A stretch of DNA of 64,000 nucleotides from Antedon mediterranea (taxonomy: Eukaryota; Animalia; Echinodermata), in contig NC_092679.1 of NCBI RefSeq assembly GCF_964355755.1, positions 12,569,432-12,633,431 on the forward strand. The letters run 5' to 3'. The notes beneath the pieces were generated by a model. That model saw nothing but the letters and a program-made list of their open reading frames with translations. It did not search any database and was not told where the DNA came from. Both the position numbers and the translations under genes were made by a program. Positions 53,636-64,000 of this stretch are shown piece after piece. Within the stretch, counting starts at the first letter, position 1; every line of letters begins with the position of its first letter.

Positions 53636-55660
53636 CTATAGTTCACTATGTCGGTCGGTCGGTCTGTCGGTCTGTCTGTCGGTCCGGTATCACTATGCGT
53701 TTTAGCACGCGACTTATGGCTGTTGTTGTTGTTAATAGATAAAACTAAAATTGAAATAAATAGCTACTGGGGGATATTATGATTTAAACTGGCAATTGAA
53801 AAAAAATGTTACTACCGCATTTTACTTTTACAGTAGTTAACTAAATCAGGAAACACATAAAAAAGAAATTTTCTAAATGTATTTTTTTCTGATCCATTGA
53901 TGGAGATCTCTGCTTCTAACCGATTGCCATCTCTTTTCCCTTCTGTAGTAGGTTTTCAGTTTACAGAGAATCTTCCCTCCCTCACTTTGTTGATGCCTTC
54001 TGTTCATAGCAGATTTTGCTAGTTTATAGTTGTTCTCTATTTGTTAGTACCTTTTGGCTATCACTGATTCATCTATTTTTTTGTCCTCTGCTCATAACAA
54101 TATGTTGACCAGTAATCTCATGCCATTTTGTCTTTTTTGTACATGTTGACTATTGTATACTGTTTAGGAGATAAGATAATATTATGCATCCAGGACTTTT
54201 GCTCCAGAGATGTTTCAGCCAAGTTTCATATTTGTGTACCAGAAATTCTTTTTAGTCAATTTAATGGTTTACCTCTTTAGTTTGGAGAGGGTACTGTCCG
54301 AATATTGGTGCCCAATATCATCTTATGACCCTATAATTCTGATAAAGTATTCTCAATGCAACGTTGACAGACATGAGATTCTAGTAAAAGCAATAGGTCT
54401 GCTATAAATAAAATCACTAGATTTATAGCTTGCAACAACTAGTGTACCAAGCCTTTTATTGAAACTTTCATGTATCAATAGGGAGTTCAATTACATTACT
54501 TTTCACCAAAGACTTTAAAGCTGTATCAAATATGTGGATAGTTACAAATCAATCTGCAAGTTAAGTTAGCTAAGTTACTGCCCCTATTTTCCAATTCAAA
54601 GTAAGTGAATGTTGACCATTCCAATATCAACCTGAAGTGATTTTTTACTTTGTGACCAAAAATGGAATGCTGTCTTTGGATTCTTATTGGCTGTTAGCAT
54701 TGAAGGTGATTAATAAAGATGATAGAAATGTATACTTTAGAAAAATATGTGTTTAAAAAAGTATGTGTTTTACAATGATTGTTTTGTATTTGTATTTGAA
54801 TATTTTCTATCCTATTCAACTTGGCTTGTGCTTGATAAAGGTTCGGTGTCAGGAGGATGTCCACCTATATTGTTGAACAGAAATTAACAGAGTTTTGAAA
54901 CAAAAAAGACCTATTAAAAAACATCTTCAATACACCACATCTAAACTTATCGTCCTACTTCTTTATAAACTGTAAACTTTTACTGACAGTAATATTTTCA
55001 TAAAGCTATGATAAAATAAATTCTAAAAATCAAAAGTACTGACTTCTACTTTTTTTATCTTTAACTTTAGTGTTTTATATAAATATTTTACAGCATACAA
55101 CCAGTTTGTTTTATGTGTAGCTAGTTTGGAACAATTTAATCTTTTCACCATGGTTTTTTTTATTGACCATGCATTAGATGCAGTATCATGTATTTCTATT
55201 TTTAAGCATATAACAAATGTAATAATGTAAAGTCTAAAATTGTAACAATTAAAACAAAATATGACAGTTGAAAATATATTCAAAGATTGTAGGTAAATGA
55301 ACTATGTTAAAAAAATTGCTTAGATTATAATAATAACCTACAATAATTACTTTTATATGTAAATTTAAAATAAAATCTGCTATCATTAACCTATGTTTGT
55401 CAAAACTATAAATGAGAAATTCATACTAAAGATTTTCCCAATATGGTTGTTCAATGGAGTATTTAAAAATTGCTCTTTGGTGGTACCAATGATCTCACTA
55501 GTCTGAAGTCATTCGGATAGAAGGCCACTTAAGTATCCAACAGAGAATAGACTTTAAGACTGTATATCATATATATATATATATATATATTATTATATTC
55601 AGGTTGAAATTTTCAGACCGTTTGGATAGAGTGCTCAATACCAAGGTAGAGCATAAATAA

Positions 55661-55905
55661 ATAAATAAAATAACAGCAGAAAACTTGGTTACTTCATTGT
55701 TTTAATCACTACAAATTTGTTTCGTACGACCAGCATGTAGCTGGCCGCACTCTTCAGGTGAAATATAAAACATAAGTGACCACTTATCACTTATGTTTTA
55801 TATTTCACCTGAAGAGTGCGGCCAGCTACATGCTGGTCGTACGAAACAAATTTGTAGTGATTAAAACAATGAAGTAACCAAGTTTTCTGCTGTTATTTTA
55901 TTTAT
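55661..55905. repeat. perfect inverted repeat (119-bp arms, 7-nt spacer), inverted Penelope-type pLTR pair
   Basis: 55661-55779 is the reverse complement of 55787-55905; each arm carries a hammerhead. Confidence 0.9.
55805..55860 (+). ncRNA. type I hammerhead ribozyme motif (mirror copy on - strand at 55706-55761)
   Basis: UCAC CUGAAGA GUGCGGCCAGC-UACAU-GCUGGUCGUAC GAA ACAAAUUUGU A GUGA: 11-bp stem II with G-U pairs and a palindromic stem III. Confidence 0.82.
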
Positions 55906-56344
55906 ATTATTATATATCATTAATTTGCACAAGCTTTACTTTACTAGTTTTAGATCATCCGTGGACAATTTTTCCACCTTTGAATTTAAAGCTTTTTAAA
56001 AGTTTTCTTCCTAAATAATGCTTCTAAATTTTGGAGTAGCAACTGTTATGTTGTTGTTTATCTTTGCTTTGTAAGAAATGTCTTAAACTGACTTGTTGCA
56101 CACATAACTCTATTGTGTGTGGACACTGCTTAAATAATAGGAAGCATTTTGATTTCAACGACCAAATTATTTCATATTAGTTCATTGTGAGCATGTGGAA
56201 ATGTTTGATGGTTTCTAGGTCCAGATGGCAACCAATGATGCATTGATTGATCTGATCTAGGTTGGTCACCAGTCTTCTGTCCTCATAATATTTATAAGTG
56301 GAGTGACAAAAGTATATTATTCTTTATAATTGTACTAGGCCCAA

Positions 56345-56495
56345 CCACTCACTTTTCAGTCATTACGGATTGGACCCCATTGGAAATAAGTTTACTTTTT
56401 TGTCGACTTAATGGGTTATCCAGGTATTCTTTTAATACATTGTATATTTTAACTTTTTATGTATGAATATCGAATAAAATCAATCAATCAATCAA
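56345..56495 (+). mobile_element. 3' end of a LINE/SINE
   Basis: CCCATT...AATGGG stem-loop, AATAAA and (TCAA)n tail. Confidence 0.45.
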
Positions 56496-56834
56496 TTTTC
56501 CTATCAAAAAATTGATCAAAAAAAACAATTCACAATATACATTGTACAAATGTATATTCCTAAAAACACAATGATTCTATAGCATAGTGATACTATTATA
56601 GTTATCAAGATATGTTACTTTTTTCATTATAGAAAGTGGTATCCTACATAGAAATTAAAACCTTCTATTACATGACCTTTTGAGATGTTGCGCATTTACC
56701 CCACCTGTTCTGGAATCTCTATGGGTGTCTCTGTTTGATATGTTATCATTATTAAACAGTAGTAATTTTTAATCATACTACTATTATACTTCAAGGAAGG
56801 GAAAAGTATTTCATATAGCCTTTGATTTGACTTA

Positions 56835-57656
56835 TTACATAGTTGAATGTGTATTGACTAATGAACAAGAGAGGGAGACTTTTCATTTCATAAATGTGAA
56901 TTTTGAAATAATTATTATACTTGCAGTTTAATGAAAATAAAAGTAACTGTTAAACATCTTCCTCTAGAAAAATTTTCTTTGAAAATTTTTTTTAAAATTA
57001 TTACTAGTTTTATCTCTTTTCTCAAACATTTACAACTCATTATTATATGGTCATGGGTTAAATTAATTTATTATTTGTTGTGTATTCTAATTGTTAGGTA
57101 CCGTATTGTTACATAGTTGAATGTGTATTGACTAATGAACAAGAGAGGGAGACTTTTCATTTCATAAATGTGAATTTTGAAATAATTATTATACTTGCAG
57201 TTTAATGAAAATAAAAGTAACTGTTAAACATCTTCCTCTAGAAAAATTTTCTTTGAAAATTTGTTTTTAATTATTACTAGTTTTATCTCTTTTCTCAAAC
57301 ATTTACAACTCATTATTATATGGTCATGGGTTAAATTAATTTATTATTTGTTGTGTATTCTAATTGTTAGGTACCGTATTGTTACATAGTGGAATGTGTA
57401 TTGACTAATGAACAAGAGAGGGAGACTTTTCATTTCATAAATGTGAATTTTGAAATAATTATTATACTTGCAGTTTAATGAAAATAAAAGTAACTGTTAA
57501 ACATCTTCCTCTAGAAAAATTTTCTTTGAAAATTTTTTTTAAAATTATTACTAGTTTTATCTCTTTTCTCAAACATTTACAACTCATTATTATATGGTCA
57601 TGGGTTAAATTAATTTATTATTTGTTGTGTATTCTAATTGTTAGGTACCGTATTGT
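56835..57656. repeat. three near-perfect ~274-bp tandem copies
   Basis: Copies start at about 56835, 57109 and 57382. Confidence 0.93.
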
Positions 57657-58475
57657 GTATGTATGTATATATATATTAATTGTTATTATTATATGGCTTC
57701 CCAAAATACAAGTTTTTCAATTGGATTTTTCTTCTCAATTGATTCACACTACTTAGGTTTTTTTTTTGCCTCTTTCAATTTTTCTTATAATTTAATTTAT
57801 TATAATATTTGTCTGAATCGAAAAGAAAATCTTGTAAGAAATAATAATGTGTTATTTTTAATCTTAAAATTATTTAACATTTAATACTTAAAATGCCAAA
57901 TATTGCATAATTATACAAATATTTAAAAGAATAAAAGTGCAAACAATAAAAACAAAATCAATTACATACTTTGTATATAAAATGAAATTATACCTTATAA
58001 ACTAATTGAATTTAATCTGACTTGAGAGTAACATCAATCAGAGAGGGTAAAATCACTAGTATAATTAAATTGAATGAATAATTACTTAATCGTATATCAT
58101 AATTGGTTAATTGAAATCTAATGGTTTTGTGTTTAAAAATACAGTTTAATAAGATACTAAGGAGAAAGCAGGATTGGAAAATGTTTACAGTTTTTAAATG
58201 ATGAGTCTTGATCTATTTTATAAACTAAAAGCATCATTAATCATGTTGACTAACGACGAGTTTCAACTTGCTAATGTAAATCATCGGTTATTTTAGATAT
58301 GACATTTTCAATATAATCATCATCATACAATATTCTTGAAAAATGATTTTGGTAATTAGAGCATGTAAAGTTTGATTTTAAATGATTATTAAATATTTTA
58401 ATAGAGAAAAATTAATATCAATAACATGGGGGCGTTTTCATGAAATTTCTCAATTTACTAGTAATAATAATAATT

Positions 58476-58669
58476 GAAATATATATTTATACTGGGTAAC
58501 CTCTTCAGTCAAAGACTGGTCTCCCAGAGGGCCCAGTTGGTGATCAGTGGCTGTGTACTAATACACCGGGGTAGCCCCCTACTCGTCTCGAAAGATGTAC
58601 TAGGTTCTTTAAAGTGCACACGAGCTAGATGTTTACACTGGACCTACGATTTATAGTCCTTATCCGAGA
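58476..58669 (-). mobile_element. truncated copy of the Deu/Nin-like SINE
   Basis: High similarity to 1728-1843. Confidence 0.7.
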
Positions 58670-59348
58670 ATAATAATATTTATTTGGATCAACACTTTTT
58701 TAACAATGGCACATGCTTTCATACAAATTACAAACTTTAAACAACACAATTACTTAAAAACTATACAAAAACACTGGAAAATAAAAACTGAAACTAAATC
58801 ATTTGTCCTATTTGATTAGGAACAAAACTTGTTTTAAACTAAAACTATACAAACTACTAATTTTGCAACAGAAATGGAAAAGAAAACATATATTTTAAAA
58901 TAAAATAGTTCAAAGTTGTAATTAGAGTTATTTTTATGAAATAACACGCTTCCTATTTCGAGCCCACACTAGTTATATCTGCCAAAATGTAGGGCTTTCC
59001 TAGAACAATCCATTTATTAATGTGGCATTGTCTCAAGCTAGCCTATTTTCGAACATTAAAATTGAATACACAATTAAAATAATGTACCTAAAAATAGTAA
59101 TGTGTATCCACATGCATGATGGAAGAAAAAAAATGCAGAGTATGGTGGTAAATTGGGATGTTTCAGGCCAAGAAAGTTAAGGCCTCGGACATTTTGACCC
59201 AGTCGTCTATAATATTCATCTTGAATTGTGTTTTATTGTGTTACTCATCATCTTTTTTTATGATACAAAAGAATTTGTAATTTTTGATATATAAAATATT
59301 ATATAATATTAATATATTTATTACAATGGAATATAAATTGTATTATAG

Positions 59349-59721
59349 GTTGATGTGGCAGAATCAAAAACAATTGACAACAGAGATAATTCGAAGATTC
59401 TTAACCTGGAAGATGATTTATTCCTTGGTGGTGTGGACAACCGGGAAAATGCCAAGCCACTGCCAATGGAAGTATTTTCCATAACAAGGCAATCTGGATA
59501 CGTTGGCTGTATGCGTAACCTTGTCCTGAACGGCCTAGCTTACAATATCGCTGGTGAGGTTCAACAACAAGGAGTAGAAGGAATTAAGCCTATGTGCAAG
59601 AGTATGTCTCCTATGTGTAGCAGTGGGTTGTGTCGAAACGGTGGCCAGTGCTCAGAAGGCTGGAATCGATTTATTTGTGATTGTTCCATGACTGATTATA
59701 TTGGACATGTATGTGACGATA
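59349..59721 (+). CDS. NRXN: alpha-neurexin exon, end of LNS3 plus EGF2
   Basis: tatAG / GTAAGT, 373 nt, phase 0 to 1. SKILNLEDDLFLGG...GYVGCMRNL...GIKPMC, then six-Cys EGF CSSGLCRNGGQCSEGWNRFICDCSMTDYIGHVC. Confidence 0.96.
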
Positions 59722-62544
59722 GTAAGTTCATATGATTTTATTATTTGTAGTTTGCATGTTGAAATAATATTATCATCCATTTTTTTCTACAATTTTTGAT
59801 ATATATTTAAAATTCTACAGTTGATACATTCTAAAACTCTTTTTTATCAATATGAATAGTTTTATGTCTATGGTTTGATGTTTTTTATGTTCTACACAAT
59901 GTGTTTTAAAGTTACTCCTACATTATTTACCATTACTTACCGCTGTTTCTAGTTGAAAAAAGTACTTCAGAAAACATGGGTTCTTTCAAACCCTTTAACC
60001 CGGCTTGATCTGTAGCACAGGTAATGAATAAAATTAATTATAAGTAATCAATATAGATTATTTTTAATAAAAAGATAAATTAAATCAATCAATTTATTAG
60101 ATTATATCAATTAACTTTTATTATTTTACATAAAACTCAAATTTGATAATTGAGCATGATAACTATCACTCGTTTATCAAAAGTAAAATTGAAGATTACG
60201 AAAAATAATACCATCACTAATTTGGCAATTAAACAATTAAAAAACCCCATATATATTTGATTATATATTTATAATTGTTAATAAAAATCCAAAAATAGTT
60301 CAAACTAATCAACAGTGATTAACCAATAATTGTTCTTGTTCACACTGGACTTTAAAAATTATAAATTCATACATTGTACTTTTTACTCTTTTTTACACTT
60401 ATTTCACACAATATTTACATGATATGTTTACCATGGTTTTACCAAAATTTAACTGTATATTTAGAATTTTTATTTAAGTATGATTAGTGTTTCTGAAACT
60501 GTGGAAAGTTCCACTTAGCAGTCTATAGGACTATGTAGCCAACGTTCAAATTAAGCCCTGTTTTTACTTGGTTTCTCTCAGTCTAGTAAAATCAAGGCTT
60601 ACCCCTCTGAGTAACATCTCGCATCTCCTACAATTAAACAGGTCATAAAAATAATATTAAACAAAAACAAAATTGTACATCGTACGAAGATACAACATTG
60701 ACAATATTTATTTTTACAGTTATTATTTTATTGTTTTATGGAATGTTATTGTTTAATTTAGCTTCATATTATTTTATTGAAAAATGTTTTTGTCCTCATG
60801 TTTTCAAATCAGTGTTCATATGATGTATTTATTTCATCTTTGCTTGACATCTACATTTGTATACTTGTGCATGTTTTTCTTTCATACTTGGAGTTTGATA
60901 GATTTGGCAAGCATTCACTTTTGATCAGTTGCGTTCTGCATCATATGAGTTCTATTTATTAGATATGCCATACCATTTTCATTATTTTATCCCATGATCT
61001 TTGATGGAACAAGTGACAGTTACATGTTGTGTTTTAAGATCAATAAAAAAAATCACAACACAAATAACATGGAAACTGTCTTTAAGATTTACAGTGATTT
61101 TTTAAATTAAAATAATATTCTTTTCTTCATATTTTGTAAAACTTTTAAAACAAATCAATGCATTTTTATGAAACATTAAAAATAAATGTTAGCAAAAAAT
61201 AGAACCCAGATTTTCTAATTGCCAAAAATATTACCAAACCAAGATTGATGAGGCAATAAATGCCGCAATTCATTTCTGTTGTTTTATTGCAAAATTAGGA
61301 TCTATAACTTTTAAAAGCTATTACACATAAAATCTAATACAAATTCATTATAAATTAAATTTTATTTTATTTTACAAAAAATTGCATTAGACTTAAATAT
61401 CAAAATTTCACATATCAAATTAAGAACACATTATTCTACATTATATTCAGCCAATTCTTGTGCAGTATCATGTCTAGAGACTATAAACAGTTTGCCATAT
61501 TGTGTCTACCGACAACAAGGCCCAACCATTATACATAACTTTTAAATGTTGAATTTACAAAAAACAAGCAACATTTCTGAAAAACAGTCAACAGTGGCTT
61601 GTAAAACATTGACATAAAGCTTATAGCTTATATTATCCCATATGGGATGAAGCTTGCTGTCAGAAGATGCGATACTGCATGAATTTATTGATGCAAAGGC
61701 ATGATAAAGGTGTTATTTATTTTAGGTAATATATAGAAATGTTATTAACCCAAAATCCAATTTTATCAACTATAAAGTCACCCAATATCTGAAATTGCTT
61801 GATCCTATTGCTAAATATAGTCGTGTTGGTAATGTTATTTTCAAAGTAAAACGAATTATTATTCTAGGCTTTGAGAACTCTGATTTTCCCTTGTTCCATC
61901 GAAAATATCATGTGTTAAACTTTTTTCCAATTATAACTAATTGTATCATTATCATTTTCGTAGCTCAGAATGATCTAATTCTTTGCATTTTTTGAAATAG
62001 AATAAATCATAATAAGCTTAATTCAGTGGCACATATAATATGGTACTGTATACAAATTTTGATAAACTTCTTATAATGTTCTACCTTAAATATTCATATA
62101 GAGTGCTCATATTTGACGGTAATCTAATAAAAAATAAATTCAGATTCAATCTGTACATGTTACATATTAGGCCTAAAAAGGTTGTTATGCTGCCAAGCAC
62201 ATCATTTGGAAAAGCAGGGTCTGTTAGTTTTGTTTTTACGACATACATATGTTACGGTGCACTACCAGTATTGTTACAAAAGTATATTGCAAGGCAAAGA
62301 TTTGAAATTTAAAAAAAAAGAGGCATTATACAAAATTCAACCAATTTAATGCTTTAAATCCAGAAGTTAAATTTTGGGTTGGTGGGCTTGGGAACATAGC
62401 AATTTTAGGCCTTTAAGGTGAGGTAAGAAGTACTTATGAAGCCATTGAATTACGTTTAAATTTTGGTTGCTTCTTCTCTTTGTCTGCTTTACTCTATTTG
62501 CACTCATTTTTTCTGCCATTCTTTGTGAATTCATCTCATAAAAG

Positions 62545-62562
62545 TTCCTGCATGGGGACCAG
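62545..62562 (+). CDS. candidate 18-nt neurexin microexon after EGF2, IPAWGP
   Basis: About 75-nt pyrimidine-rich tract with four TGC motifs, aaAG | TTCCTGCATGGGGACCAG | GTAGGT. Open in phase 1, matching the phase-1 donor at 59721. Confidence 0.6.
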
Positions 62563-64000
62563 GTAGGTGTACACTATCACCATTAAATGTACCAATGTCA
62601 TAGCAACAATAACATTTCCTTATTTTTTAATACTAACTTTATACTAAATATAGAGATATCAGGTTATTTATATACAATAATTTAATTAGATATGAGCAAA
62701 ATATTAACATTATGATCTGAGCAAAATATAAATATTATGTATGATTACTAACTATCAATTATTTGGGAATTTTTTAAGGATTTGTTGCTGCATGATGTTA
62801 TAAGCATCAGTACTAACAACCAACACATTTATCTATTATACAAGAAAAATGTATTCATGTTAAAAGATAGCAAATAAATGTATAATAATACCATTGCAAA
62901 ACACATGTCTAACATTTAAATATAATAATGTCTATGAATATATATTAATATATTTTGTTTTGTTTGTTAACATATAATATTGTGATAACAGTGAATAGCT
63001 GTGTTTACATGCACTATAATTACCCCTGTTCTATGCAAGCTTAAGCTGATCCAAATCATATCTTAGTTACGTCGGCGGGGAGTGCGTGTGTGAACAGTCT
63101 CTTACACCTCCTTGTCATTAACTACTCTGTTGGTTAATCCAATGCAACATCAACTTTGATAGTTTTTAGATATGTAACATTAGACAATGACGTTGGAGCT
63201 ATATTGGATGCTTAACCTGTGTAATTTTTTGTGTTTAAACACAGAAAAACCTAAACTGCAAAGCAATTCTGAAACTGAAAATTAATCCCATATAGTGAAA
63301 AGAGCGTGTAAACATATCTATGTGAAAAGTTAACAAACAATGCATGCTAAATTACTATTACTTATATTATCAACATTGTATGTATGCAAGGCTCTGTACA
63401 TAACATCTCTTATGTACTGATTCAGATTGTTGGACTAATATGTTGCGCTAATAGAGAATGACAATTTTTGTTTAACAAAGAGAGACTTATGTGATATTAA
63501 ATCATTATATATATTTATTTATGTGCATACCCAAAGGAAGCTGTATAAATCTGCATTAATGTTAACAAACTTTAAAAGTTATTTAGCTTAATACTTCTAG
63601 TATTACAGTTTTCTGTTGTATACATATTATTTTTCAGAAAATCTAAGTCTTATTTGGCCATGTTTTTTTGTTGTATTTTCTTTTGTATCTTGTTTATTCG
63701 TAAACGAGAGAAAAAATTTGAAGGATGACCTACATTTAAAATGCAAAACAGTAACCAATTTTCCAAAATGTGTATATTATTTTTTATTTATTATATTTAA
63801 CCAAATATGTATTTTAATACAGTAACAACTATGCTTTTTTTTGTGGTAAAAGTAAGGTTTGCGGTACAACATGTGTTTCCAAAAGGTAATAATGAGAATC
63901 TCTATGATACTGTAATAAAGTAGTTAATATTGAAAATTAACTGGAGGCTGATCCAACAATAAAATAATTATGTACTGAGTTTTGAACTCATGACTTCAAC

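Larger units (their letters stand above)
53264..53722 (+). mobile_element. Helentron/DINE-1-like non-autonomous element (host of the 53301 insertion)
   Basis: T-run + GTCGCGTG...CACGAC start, (GTCG/GTCT)n microsatellite, subterminal inverted CACGCGAC near 53707. Confidence 0.55.

Noticed and set aside
56931-57756. Duplicated hydrophobic ORFs MKIKVTVKHL...
   Set aside because: Chance AT-rich ORFs repeated by the 274-bp tandem duplication.
62409-62422. ttttAG...GTGAG/GTAAG mini-exon
   Set aside because: In-frame TAA in phase 1.

Overview
AT-rich animal genomic DNA, probably a marine invertebrate (inferred from the repeat types; not provable here). The whole window lies inside one + strand alpha-neurexin gene. 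Five GT-AG exons (24049-24344, 31090-31239, 49145-49321, 52156-52395, 59349-59721) splice in frame into LNS2-LNS3-EGF2. Three unannotated, frame-preserving phase-1 microexon candidates (15, 33 and 18 nt) have pyrimidine tracts with UGC motifs: two at the SS1-equivalent position and one after EGF2. LNS2 appears to have lost both cysteines of its C-terminal disulfide. The introns hold a near-intact single-ORF APE-RT LINE with two nonsense mutations, a hAT element with two nested MULE-like elements, a solo LTR, SINEs, MITEs and minisatellites. They also hold at least five distinct hammerhead-ribozyme-like motif families from Penelope-like elements, mostly in or beside (TA)n tracts; one sits directly downstream of a GIY-YIG remnant. 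Homology statements come from recalled family motifs, not database searches.
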